From the NCBI GenBank assembly GCA_002478275.1, contig DLMY01000054.1, positions 1 to 60,671 of the forward strand: a stretch of DNA of 60,671 nt, given 5' to 3'. Origin of the DNA: Actinobacteria bacterium UBA7524. Lineage in GTDB: Bacteria; Actinomycetota; Coriobacteriia; Anaerosomatales; UBA912. The notes below the pieces were generated by a model. It worked only from the letters and a program-made list of their open reading frames with translations. It had not been told where the DNA came from and did no database searches. Of this stretch, positions 1 to 8,987 are shown one piece after another (positions within the stretch are counted from its first letter, which is position 1; each line of letters opens with the position of its first letter). The translations under genes were made by a program, and so were the position numbers.

Positions 1-21
1 ACCACTTGACGGGACATGGCC

Positions 22-69
22 TGCGTTCTAAGGCCCTGGAATCGAGCGGGTAGGGGTCTGGCTAGGGGC
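22..69 (+). repeat. 48-bp direct repeat, copy 1 (copy 2 at 2555-2602)
   Basis: tgcgttctaaggccctggaatcgagcgggtaggggtctggctaggggc aligns without gaps to 2555-2602 at 42/48 positions. Confidence 0.85.
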
Positions 70-191
70 CATCTTCCCACGGCCGCCCTCCGGGGCGGGT
101 GCTACGGAGAACCCGCTACACGCATCCAGGGCATGATGCAGACCACTTACTCAGGGCTAGCACCATCAGCCCACGGTCGCTGTGGCCGTTC

Positions 192-401
192 TCATCGTTG
201 CGCTGGTTGGTACTCGACATCCCGCCAAGACAGGCCACCGTCGGCGAGCTCGACTTGCTCCTGGATTCGTGTTGGATCGACCCGCTTCACCTCGGCCTGA
301 CTTGTCAGGAAGTTGAGGAGACGTCCTGCCATCGTGCGAGCATCGAGCGATTCGCTCACGCGGAGTGTCATGACGACGCGGATGGGTACGTCCGTGTTCA
401 T
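192..401 (-). CDS. small hypothetical protein
   Basis: 69-aa ORF with ATG and a GGAG RBS, directly downstream of the 410-658 ORF. Confidence 0.6.
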   Translation of the reverse strand: MNTDVPIRVVMTLRVSESLDARTMAGRLLNFLTSQAEVKRVDPTRIQEQVELADGGLSWRDVEYQPAQR

Positions 402-409
402 CGTGCCAG

Positions 410-658
410 CTACTCCCTTACGAGATAGGTCTCGCCGTCGCGCATTACGACGCGGACGTCGGAGAAACGTGGCTTGTTGTTGCGGAGTGCGGTCTTGAGT
501 CCGTCGTACACGGTCTTGGAGCCCTTGTCGTGCATCTTGACGATTACGGACTTCCGTCCGGAAGCGGTGAAGTCTTCGAGCATTTCGACGTATAGTCCTT
601 TGCGAGCCTTTCCCTCAGGTACGGGTGCATCGATGAATGCGTACGGCTTACTGACCAT
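410..658 (-). CDS. small basic hypothetical protein (possibly DNA-binding)
   Basis: 82-aa ORF with GAGG upstream and a natural-looking, Lys-rich composition. Confidence 0.65.
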   Translation of the reverse strand: MVSKPYAFIDAPVPEGKARKGLYVEMLEDFTASGRKSVIVKMHDKGSKTVYDGLKTALRNNKPRFSDVRVVMRDGETYLVRE

Positions 659-823
659 GTTGGCTCATACCTCACAATCGGGTAGTTGGTTTGTTGGTTA
701 CTGGTATACGCCGTCTATTGGTTATTGTCAACGGGTCGAGTTGCAGCCTTGTCTGCGGTACCATTCGGCACGCGTTTGGCATTTGAGGCAGAGCGCGCAG
801 GGGTGTTGCGTATACGGCTGAGG

Positions 824-909
824 TACTAGCAAGTGCCTCCAGCTGACGCGGCAAGCGTTAGACTGAACTACAAGGCTTCGGCGCACAGCTGAAGCACCGG
901 ACGTTAGGG
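824..909 (+). other. degenerate integron attC-like site 1
   Basis: tactagc ... gtgcctccagctgacgcg pairs with cgcacagctgaagcac ... gttaggg; left arm has an unpaired C and A, as in attC sites. Confidence 0.7.
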
Positions 910-925
910 GGAAGGTCGGGGCTCG

Positions 926-1597
926 ATGGCAGCAGCAACGCCACCGTTCATACATCATTCAGGTGACGCCAATGCTGTTCTCTTCTCTGGCAAGCGAGTT
1001 CCGTGGGCACTGGCAGTGCTGGTGTGGGTGGTAGCGATCGTTGCTCCTGTGGCCGCTTCCGTTCTCTGGATTGCACTTGGCCCCGCATGGATGCATCAGC
1101 CAAGCATCGGACCCGCAGAGGTCCTGATTGCCCTGGCTTCGGGGTCGCTTGTCGTCGTCCCGGTTCGACTAGGCTGGACTGGCAAGTGGCATGAGCGCCA
1201 ACACCAACGCGTAATCGAGGAGATAACGGGGGGCTCCGCGCTCGGGAGCTGGGGCAAGTGGCGCCGGACGATATGTGGAGGAGTGCGACTCAGGAAGCAC
1301 GGCGATTTCTGCACTCCGCTCCCCGACGACTGGATCAGAGGCGACCTCCACCGGGTCGTCGCGCTCGCGCCGCTTCTCCTTCACCTGCGATGGTGGGCGC
1401 CGATATGCTTGCTGGCTGTTCTCCCTATTCCGTACTACATCCTCGTGCTGGTGGCAGTGCTGCCCGCTGCGCTCTTGCTCCTTGGAGGCTGCCTCCAAGA
1501 TGTCGCTGAGGTGATCTGGCTGTGGCAGATGAGGTTCGAGACGACGGTCCCGTATGTGACGGCGGTTGGGCACCGGACCTACGTAGTCAAGATGTAG
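926..1597 (+). CDS. hypothetical membrane protein (cassette-like)
   Basis: 223-aa ORF with several hydrophobic segments, lying between attC-like sites 1 and 2. Confidence 0.65.
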   Translation: MAAATPPFIHHSGDANAVLFSGKRVPWALAVLVWVVAIVAPVAASVLWIALGPAWMHQPSIGPAEVLIALASGSLVVVPVRLGWTGKWHERQHQRVIEEITGGSALGSWGKWRRTICGGVRLRKHGDFCTPLPDDWIRGDLHRVVALAPLLLHLRWWAPICLLAVLPIPYYILVLVAVLPAALLLLGGCLQDVAEVIWLWQMRFETTVPYVTAVGHRTYVVKM

Positions 1598-1600
1598 CTC

Positions 1601-1702
1601 CGCTTGCGGAGATTTCGACCGCGACAGCCACGGCTCGTGAGGTAGTCTGAGATAGCAGCCATTCTGGGCCGCGGCTGCGGGTCAAACCTAAGAGCGTCAG
1701 CC
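1601..1702 (+). other. degenerate attC-like site 2
   Basis: agatttcgaccgcgacagccacggctc pairs with gggccgcggctgcgggtcaaacct with extra C/A bulges; ends in gtcagcc (cf. GTTAGCC). Confidence 0.65.
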
Positions 1703-1725
1703 GGACAGACTGAGGCGTGTGAATC

Positions 1726-2409
1726 GTGGCGCATGTGTACATCTACACCGACGGTGCTGCCAGTCCCAATCCGGGACCAGGCGGATATGGTGTCGTTCTG
1801 CTGTACGGTAAGCATCGCAAGGAACTCTCGTGCGGTTTCGTGCGCACGACAAACAACCGCATGGAACTGCTCGCCGTGATTACCGGACTCGAGTCGCTGA
1901 AGCGTGCGTGCCAGGTCACAATCTACAGCGACTCGCGGTACGTTTGTGATGCGGTCAACAAGAAGCGGCTAGACAAGTGGCAGCTGAACAGGTGGCGACT
2001 CTCGTCCGGTCACGACGTGAAGAACGTCGATCTGTGGAAGCGCTTCCTCGTGGCAAGTCAGCCACACGAGATACGGCTGTGCTGGATCAAGGGACACTCG
2101 GGTACGCCTGAAAACGAGCGCTGCGACGGACTGGCGACGCAAGCCTCGAGACAGCGGGACCGAAACGAGGACGACGGGTTCGTGGAGGATGCTGCTGGTC
2201 CCGGGAAGGCTTTCCACCCGAAGCAGCGAGTGGGAGACGAAGTCTGCCGCAAATGCGGTTCTCCAGTGGAGAGGTGCGTGCCGTCGAGGAAGCGCAAGCG
2301 GGGACAGACCTACTACTACGAGTGGTACTTGCGATGCACCGGGTGCAGAACGATGTACATGGTTGATGAGGCGAAGCGTGCAATCCCGGCTGATGGCACT
2401 GCCGGCTAG
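1726..2409 (+). CDS. rnhA: ribonuclease HI with C-terminal CxxC...CxxC zinc-finger extension
   Basis: YTDGA, NPGPGGYG, TTNNRMEL, SDSRY, KNVDLW and WIKGHSG-PENERCD motifs; C-terminal CRKC and CTGC. Confidence 0.93.
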   Translation: MAHVYIYTDGAASPNPGPGGYGVVLLYGKHRKELSCGFVRTTNNRMELLAVITGLESLKRACQVTIYSDSRYVCDAVNKKRLDKWQLNRWRLSSGHDVKNVDLWKRFLVASQPHEIRLCWIKGHSGTPENERCDGLATQASRQRDRNEDDGFVEDAAGPGKAFHPKQRVGDEVCRKCGSPVERCVPSRKRKRGQTYYYEWYLRCTGCRTMYMVDEAKRAIPADGTAG

Positions 2410-2509
2410 CAAGCGCCTCCTTAGTGTCACTCTGCCCTGTGGGCTGCCTGACGAGAGTCGGGTAGGCTCGAATCCGGCAGCGGAGCGATCCACCGCGCTT
2501 CTGTCACAC
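2404..2509 (+). other. degenerate attC-like site 3
   Basis: ggctagc-aagcgc overlaps the rnhA stop and pairs with gcgctt-ct-gtcacac; inner pairing is poor. Confidence 0.45.
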
Positions 2510-2554
2510 ATGGGCTGACCGTCCTCGACAGCGGCGAGAACCGACCGCTTGTGT

Positions 2555-2602
2555 TGCGTTCTAAGGCCCCGGAATCGACCGGGTAATGGTACGGCTAGGG
2601 GC
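2555..2602 (+). repeat. 48-bp direct repeat, copy 2
   Basis: tgcgttctaaggccccggaatcgaccgggtaatggtacggctaggggc, 42/48 identical to 22-69. Confidence 0.85.
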
Positions 2603-2648
2603 TAGAAACACCGTCTCTGAGCAGGACGGCTAAGGTTCGTTTAGAAAA

Positions 2649-2667
2649 GGGTATCACGGTGATACCC
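2649..2667. promoter_or_regulatory. perfect palindrome (candidate protein-binding site)
   Basis: gggtatcac-g-gtgataccc, 9-bp arms, just downstream of the relaxase gene. Confidence 0.5.
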
Positions 2668-2697
2668 CCCTGTTTGCGGAGGCCCTTCGCAGGCTGC

Positions 2698-4236
2698 TCA
2701 CCTCTCGCGATCCGGTCGGCCCACGTTCGGCTCCGCCCCGGCCCAGATACCCCGGTACCGCTCCAGTGCGCGCTTTCGTCGGGCGACGATACCGCGATCT
2801 GTCACTCGCTGATTCGCGAGCGCGTGATCGAGGTCGCGGAAGACCTGAGCCGCTAGGTAGGCCGCAGCCGACAGCCCTGCCATGACGGGCGCCGCTCGCT
2901 CCCCACCGGTGGCGCGCTCGAGAGCCGTCACGTCTTCATTGCGCAGATGACCGCTCTCAGCTCCGCGGCTCCACGAGACATCGATCTCCTCCGAGAGGTC
3001 GCGCCCGCCGAGAGCAACTGCGGTGGCCTCCCTCCCCACACCCGCGGCACCGCATGCCCGCGCCGCCCGGATGCGGTCGCGCTCGAAGCACGCCGGGTCG
3101 AGCCCGCGAGACGTCAGGACGGGCACCGCCCGCCAGGCCCGCTCCCTCAGGTGGTGTTGCTCCAGTTCCGCCGCTGCGTGGAGCACGCTCTGGCCGATGC
3201 GATGCTCGAGGTCCTCGGCTGCAGCCGCACGCGCGTCGGACAGAAGCGGGGCCTGGCTCGTCTGGTACCTCGCCATCTGCTCGGCGAGGGCGACGTACCG
3301 ATCCGCCGCGGCCCGATTCGTCGACTCACCCAGGAGCTGGCTCACCACTTCGGTGACAGCCGTCTTCGTCTCGGGGGGCATGTAGCCGAGAGCAAGCCGG
3401 CCGTGGCCCGGCAGTGTGGCAGCCACTCGCTCAAGCCCCGTTGCCAGCGCCTCCAGATGCTGAGGCGATGGGACCGGCGTGGCGGCCGGCCGCCTGAGGT
3501 CGACCGGAGACGCACCAGGCGCCCAGTCCATGAGCTCGCTCACGACTTGCAGCTCGGTGCGCGTGCTCGCCACCAACGCATCCCGGATGGCACCCTTCTC
3601 CGCGCCGAGGTCGGCACAGACGGGTCGCCACAGCTCCCGGGTCAGCGTCTCCCGAAGACCTGTGAGAGCGTCGGCGGCGATCGTGTCGTGGCCGCGTTTC
3701 CTGTCCGCCGAATCCCATGCGATCACATGCAGATGCGGGTGCCCCTCGGACGGATGAAGAGCGGCGACCCACCGCAGCCGGTCGACGGGGATCCCGAGTC
3801 CGTGAGCCAGGGTCGGCGTCTGCTCGCACATGAAGTGCTCCCAGGAGTCCTTGTCCACAAGCCCCACCGCAGCCGCCGTCTCCTCGCGGACCGAGAGGAT
3901 GATGCGGTACGCGGGTGAGTTCTCGAGCGCGTTCAACTCCCTGCGGACGGTCATCGGATCCGCCACACCCAACCTATCGAAGAGTCCGTGCAGCTGCAGA
4001 CCGTCTGGGGTCTCACGCGCCACCCCCGGACGTTCCGAGATGTACGCCAGGTACGCATCGTCGGCGGAGACATCGCGGTGCTGCGCCCGGAGCAGTGACG
4101 CCTCGGTCACCGTCGTGTCGACGCCCGGCCGGGTGCCGATGTACTTGAGGTGCGCCGCGTTACCGGATTGCACGCGTGCCGCGTCCGGACTCTTGAAACT
4201 GAGCTTGACTACCAGGTTGCTGGACGACATGCGCAC
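2698..4236 (-). CDS. MobP3/MobL-like HUH relaxase
   Basis: N-terminal LVVKLSF...HLKYIGTRPGV, YISERPG, HGLF, IILSVRE and H-x4-HPHLHV relaxase motifs. Confidence 0.85.
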   Translation of the reverse strand: MRMSSSNLVVKLSFKSPDAARVQSGNAAHLKYIGTRPGVDTTVTEASLLRAQHRDVSADDAYLAYISERPGVARETPDGLQLHGLFDRLGVADPMTVRRELNALENSPAYRIILSVREETAAAVGLVDKDSWEHFMCEQTPTLAHGLGIPVDRLRWVAALHPSEGHPHLHVIAWDSADRKRGHDTIAADALTGLRETLTRELWRPVCADLGAEKGAIRDALVASTRTELQVVSELMDWAPGASPVDLRRPAATPVPSPQHLEALATGLERVAATLPGHGRLALGYMPPETKTAVTEVVSQLLGESTNRAAADRYVALAEQMARYQTSQAPLLSDARAAAAEDLEHRIGQSVLHAAAELEQHHLRERAWRAVPVLTSRGLDPACFERDRIRAARACGAAGVGREATAVALGGRDLSEEIDVSWSRGAESGHLRNEDVTALERATGGERAAPVMAGLSAAAYLAAQVFRDLDHALANQRVTDRGIVARRKRALERYRGIWAGAEPNVGRPDRER

Positions 4237-4242
4237 CCTCCC

Positions 4243-4686
4243 TCATTCGGCCGAGGACGTGGTGTCATCCGGGTCGTCCTCGGGGGACGACCCGATCGTC
4301 TGGCGCGCGAATGACACGGCCCTCCCGCGACAGGTGTCGTAGAACCGCTGGGCCTCGGCCGTGCTGAAGTCGCACTGCTGCACGAGCACCTCGAGGCTGA
4401 GGAACGTGGCAGTCGCTGACGCGATCACTCCCTTCGCGATGAGAGAGCGAACCGCCGCCGCGAGACGCTCCGAAGCGTCTCGCGTTGCGGCGAAGACCAT
4501 CTGCTCGAGCGTCCCGCGCTGGGCCTCGTAGGCGTCGGATGTCAGGCAGAATTCCACGTACTCGTGCGCCAGGGTTGTAGGCGGCACGCCACGCGCCGCA
4601 GCCACCTTCGCAAGAAGCTCGTAGGTCTGCTCATCAAGCCGCAACGCCACTCGCTTACCGCCTGCACTTGTCGTTGTCACAGTCAT
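4243..4686 (-). CDS. MobC-like relaxosome accessory protein (ribbon-helix-helix)
   Basis: KRVALRLDEQTYELLAKVAAARGV RHH-like N-terminus; directly upstream of the relaxase; start reassigned to ATG at 4686. Confidence 0.65.
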   Translation of the reverse strand: MTVTTTSAGGKRVALRLDEQTYELLAKVAAARGVPPTTLAHEYVEFCLTSDAYEAQRGTLEQMVFAATRDASERLAAAVRSLIAKGVIASATATFLSLEVLVQQCDFSTAEAQRFYDTCRGRAVSFARQTIGSSPEDDPDDTTSSAE

Positions 4687-4699
4687 CACCACTTCCGAA

Positions 4700-4860
4700 T
4701 TCGTGCTTGTCTGGGATGGCAACCACCGCGCACCGTGTGGTTGCCAGATGAAACCGCCAGCTGCGGCGGGATTTCCCCTGCTCACCGGCACCGCCGGGGA
4801 TGCGTAGCCCTCCGCCTGTTGCGCTCGTGGCAACAGGCCTTATCCTGCCTTCGTTTCAGA
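4700..4860. other. candidate oriT region
   Basis: inverted repeats tggcaaccac/gtggttgcca (4717-4746) and gcctgttgc/gcaacaggc (about 4815-4838) upstream of mobC-relaxase. Confidence 0.5.
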
Positions 4861-4974
4861 ACTGACGGTCCTCCGCCGCGTCGTAGCTCTCAGACGGGGA
4901 CGCCCGTTCTCCCGTCCCCTTACCGGCATCCGTTAGACTGAGACCCGGTTGTGCTCAGCTACCGAGGGGGACAC

Positions 4975-7900
4975 GTGCGAGATCCGGTAGAGCTCTACTT
5001 CACTACGCTGCGGGACATCCACGCCTCCGGTGCGGGTGTCGCCGAGACGAGCTACTACCCGGCGCTCCAGGCGCTCCTCACGTCGATCGGTGCGGGCCTC
5101 AAGCCCAAGGTCACCGCGATCATCAACCTTCGGAACACCGGCGCCGGCATCCCCGACGGTGGTCTGTTCACCGCCCCGCAGCTCAAGGGCTGGGAGCCGG
5201 GCGCTGACACGCTCTTCGGACAGATCCCGGGGCGTGGTGCCATTGAGGTGAAGGGCACTGCTGACGATGCGCTGGCCACCGCCGAAGGCGAGCAGGTGAC
5301 CCGATACGTGGAGCGCTACGGACTAGTGCTCGTCACCAACCTCCGCGACTTCGTGCTCGTGGGCCGCAGCGCCGACGGCACTGGCACCCGGATCCTCGAG
5401 TCGCTGCGCCTGGCCACCACCGAGGCCGGCTTCTGGGCACGCGTGCAGCAGCCACGGAAGTATGCCGAGGACGCGAGCGAGGGCCTCACCGAGTTCCTCC
5501 AGCGCGTGCTGCTCCACAATGCGCCGCTTTCCGACCCGAAGGACCTCGCGTGGTTCCTTGCGAGCTACGCGCGCACCGCGAGGTTGCGCCTCGAACAGAA
5601 GCACGAGCTCCCCGCACTCGACGCGCTCCGCTCGCAGCTGGAAGACGCGCTCGGGCTCAAGTTCGAAGGTGAAAAGGGCGATCACTTCTTCCGCTCCACC
5701 CTCGTGCAGACCCTCTTCTACGGCATGTTCGCCGCCTGGGTACTCTGGGCTCGCGGACGCGACCGGTCCGAAGAGATCCCGTGGGAGAGCCGTTTCCAGT
5801 GGGAGACGGCCACCGCCACACTTCATGTCCCGATGGTCTATGAGCTCTTCCGCCAGTTCGCCGACGTACGTCAGCTCGGACAGCTCGGCATCTCCGAGGT
5901 GCTCGAGTGGGCCGAAGAGGTGCTCTGGCGCGTGCAGCGCGGCCCATTCTTCGACAAGTTCGAGGAGCATCACGCGGTGCAGTACTTCTACGAGCCGTTC
6001 CTCGAGGCGTTCGACCCGCAGCTCCGCAAGGAGCTCGGCGTGTGGTACACGCCGGACGAGGTCGTGAAGTACATGGTGGCACGCGTCGACTGGGCGCTCC
6101 GCGAGGAGCTCGGCATCGCTGACGGACTCGCCGACCCCAGCGTGGTTGTCCTGGATCCGTGCTGCGGCACCGGCGCGTACCTCGTCGAAGTGCTGCGCAA
6201 GATTGACGAGACACTCACCGCCAAGGGCGCGGATGCCCTCACGCGAAACGATGTAAAGCGCGCGGCGATGGAGCGCGTGATCGGCTTCGAGATCATGCCG
6301 GCACCGTTCGTGGTGGCGCACCTACAGATGGGAATCCTACTGGCCGAACTCGACGTGCCGCTAAAGGATGCTGACGAGCGAGCTGCTATCTACCTCACCA
6401 ACGCGCTCACCGGCTGGGGTGATGGCTCCATCCAGCCGCCGAAGGACAAGCGCGCCGTTGCGGGCCAGATGCACTCGACGCTGCTGTTCCCGGAGTTCGC
6501 CGAGGAGCGTGACGCTGCCGACCGCGTCAAGCGCGAGGAGAAGATCCTCGTGGTGATCGGCAATCCGCCGTACAACGGATACGCGGGCGTTGCACAGGAC
6601 GAGGAGGCGGAGCTGGTTGCGCCGTACAAGGCCGGTCTTGTCGAGTGGGGCGTCACAAAGAACTACCTTGACGACTTGTACGTGAGATTCATGCGTCTCG
6701 CGGAGAAGACGGTGGCTCGGAGCGGTGTGGGAGTCGTCTGCTACATCAGCAACTTCTCCTGGCTGTCCGATCCATCCGCCGTGCTAATGCGACAGTCACT
6801 GCTGGAGAGCTTTGACTCAATCGTCCTTGACTCGTTGAACGGTGATAGCAGGGAAACAGGCAAGCGGGCACCCGACGGTAGTCCGGACCCCAGCATCTTC
6901 TCCGGCCCGTCAAACACCCAGGGCATCCAGGTCGGTACCGCGATCACAACGATGATTGCCGGCGCCAGGTCCCCAGATGGCCCTCTACACAGGGACCTCT
7001 GGGGAGTCACTAAGCGAAGCCAGTTGCTCGATGAGGCCACCAGATTGCCGGACCTGCGCGAATACGCCTCCCTGGAGCCCGATGTAGGTAATCGCTACGC
7101 GCTTCGCCCGTTTACAAGCGCACCGGGATACAGCACATGGCCTTCGCTTCCAGATCTTGCAGAGACCCCACCCAGCCTCGGGCTGAACGAGAACCGCGCG
7201 GGCGCGCTGGTCGACACCGACCGTGACGCATTGCTCGAGAGGATGAGGGCATACCTGGATGCAACCATCGATGCATCCTCGCTGCCAGACACTCTGGCAG
7301 GGCTCAGGCGGCCGTGGGCGCGTTTCGACCCGGCCGACACAAGGAAGCGTCTGCTCGAGGTCGGTCTGGACGAGTCGCGCATCATCCCCTTCATGGCGAA
7401 GCCGTTTGATGTGCAGTGGGCGTACGCCGAACCGCGATTCAAGCTGTGGAATGAATCGCGCGGGCGCCTGCTGGCGCGGACGCCTCCGGGCGCGCGCTTC
7501 ATCCTGGCACGTGCTCGAGCGCCGCGTGCGCTTGACGGCGCTCCGGTGACGGTGTTCTCCGGCATCGCAGACCAACACGCGTTGCACAAGGACGCGTATC
7601 TGTTTCCACTCGAACTGAGTTCACCGAGTGAGTCTCTCTTGACGGAGGACTCTGGTGCGCCGAACCTCTCAACGTCTGCGCACGCGTACGTGAACGCGTG
7701 CAGCATGAAGGCTGAAGCCGCGTCACACGTCTGGACTCACGTTGTCGCGATCTCATACTCTCCTGCCTACCAGACTGAGAATGCGGATGCCATTCGATCA
7801 GACTGGCCTCGAATACCGATGCCTGCTGACGCGGATGTACTCGCCAAGTCTGCGGCGCTGGGAGAACGAATCATGCTCCTTCTCGACGTGTCGCCGTTGA

Positions 7901-8415
7901 GCAGCGGTACGGCCCCCCTGCCAGGATTCGCATACGGTGCGTTGTCGTCGGCAGCTGGAACCCTCGACCCAAGGGATGACCTGGGCCTCACAGCGCAATG
8001 GGGCATCGCCGGCAAGGGTGGCATCACGATGCCGTCGACCGGCAAGCTTGAGGAGCGTCCGTACACCGACGACGAGCGCCAGACGATCGCGGAGCACACG
8101 GCCACACTCGGCATGTCGGGCGTGCAGGCGATTGAGCTCCTCGGCGAGACGTGCTTCGACGTCTACCTCAACGACAAGGCGTACTGGCGCTGCGTGCCCT
8201 CGGCGGTGTGGCGCTATACGATCGGCGGCTACCAGGTAACCAAGAAGTGGCTGTCCTACCGCGAGCGAGCGCTGCTCGGCCGCGACCTCAAGCCCGAGGA
8301 GGCGCGCTATGTCACCGAGATGGTGCGCCGTATCGCCGAGCTCGTGCTGATGCAGCCCGAGCTCGACGCCAACTACAAGCGCGTGAAGGCCGACGTGTGG
8401 GAGTGGCCCGGCTAG
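4975..8415 (+). CDS. single-chain type IIG / type ISP-like restriction-modification enzyme (nuclease-N6 MTase-TRD)
   Basis: N-terminal PD...EVK nuclease motif, YTPDEVV, LDPCCGTG (motif I), GNPPY (motif IV), C-terminal WRYTIGGYQVxKKWL; GTG start after a GAGGGGG RBS. Confidence 0.9.
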   Translation: MRDPVELYFTTLRDIHASGAGVAETSYYPALQALLTSIGAGLKPKVTAIINLRNTGAGIPDGGLFTAPQLKGWEPGADTLFGQIPGRGAIEVKGTADDALATAEGEQVTRYVERYGLVLVTNLRDFVLVGRSADGTGTRILESLRLATTEAGFWARVQQPRKYAEDASEGLTEFLQRVLLHNAPLSDPKDLAWFLASYARTARLRLEQKHELPALDALRSQLEDALGLKFEGEKGDHFFRSTLVQTLFYGMFAAWVLWARGRDRSEEIPWESRFQWETATATLHVPMVYELFRQFADVRQLGQLGISEVLEWAEEVLWRVQRGPFFDKFEEHHAVQYFYEPFLEAFDPQLRKELGVWYTPDEVVKYMVARVDWALREELGIADGLADPSVVVLDPCCGTGAYLVEVLRKIDETLTAKGADALTRNDVKRAAMERVIGFEIMPAPFVVAHLQMGILLAELDVPLKDADERAAIYLTNALTGWGDGSIQPPKDKRAVAGQMHSTLLFPEFAEERDAADRVKREEKILVVIGNPPYNGYAGVAQDEEAELVAPYKAGLVEWGVTKNYLDDLYVRFMRLAEKTVARSGVGVVCYISNFSWLSDPSAVLMRQSLLESFDSIVLDSLNGDSRETGKRAPDGSPDPSIFSGPSNTQGIQVGTAITTMIAGARSPDGPLHRDLWGVTKRSQLLDEATRLPDLREYASLEPDVGNRYALRPFTSAPGYSTWPSLPDLAETPPSLGLNENRAGALVDTDRDALLERMRAYLDATIDASSLPDTLAGLRRPWARFDPADTRKRLLEVGLDESRIIPFMAKPFDVQWAYAEPRFKLWNESRGRLLARTPPGARFILARARAPRALDGAPVTVFSGIADQHALHKDAYLFPLELSSPSESLLTEDSGAPNLSTSAHAYVNACSMKAEAASHVWTHVVAISYSPAYQTENADAIRSDWPRIPMPADADVLAKSAALGERIMLLLDVSPLSSGTAPLPGFAYGALSSAAGTLDPRDDLGLTAQWGIAGKGGITMPSTGKLEERPYTDDERQTIAEHTATLGMSGVQAIELLGETCFDVYLNDKAYWRCVPSAVWRYTIGGYQVTKKWLSYRERALLGRDLKPEEARYVTEMVRRIAELVLMQPELDANYKRVKADVWEWPG

Positions 8416-8479
8416 TCCTGCTGAGCATGTCAGCACTGACAGGTAGGTTGGGCGAGAGTCTCGATACGAAAGGAGCGAC

Positions 8480-8887
8480 ATGTTCGTGTTGTATGAGGGC
8501 TCAGTCAAGGGCGATTACCAGGGCAAGACCGTGCTGGATCTGCTCGGCAATGTCGATGCAAACAGAAAAGGTGAGAGATTCAGCGAGCACGGGTTCGAAG
8601 GCGGCACAATCTGGCTGTACGACAGCGAAGAGTGGGCGGATCTTGTTGACTACTTCTTCAACGATGATACTGACGGCCAGCCGGAGGAGGAGCGTATTCG
8701 TGACGCGGAGTCATGGCTGGCAAGGACGGGCATGCCTCGCCGAATTTCATCCAATCAGTTGATCGTGAACATGCGCGGCACCGATGAACACTACCGGACC
8801 TTCAGCCATGAGATCGGCCACGAGGAAATCAACAACATGCTGAAGACTGCCTTTCCTGACTACGGCTATCGAGTCGTCGAGGAGTAG
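8480..8887 (+). CDS. acidic hypothetical protein
   Basis: 135-aa ORF with an AAGGAG RBS. Confidence 0.75.
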   Translation: MFVLYEGSVKGDYQGKTVLDLLGNVDANRKGERFSEHGFEGGTIWLYDSEEWADLVDYFFNDDTDGQPEEERIRDAESWLARTGMPRRISSNQLIVNMRGTDEHYRTFSHEIGHEEINNMLKTAFPDYGYRVVEE

Positions 8888-8892
8888 TCGGC

Positions 8893-8959
8893 ACGCAACT
8901 GCGATTGGTCAGCCGCGACTACTCGAGGCAGGCTCGCCGAGGCCAAACCGCTGTTGCGC
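8893..8959 (+). other. possible attC-like site 4
   Basis: acgcaac ... gttgcgc termini with imperfect inner arms, immediately after the 8887 stop. Confidence 0.35.
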
Positions 8960-8987
8960 GGGGGCGGGTCCTCAAGATGGGGGCACG

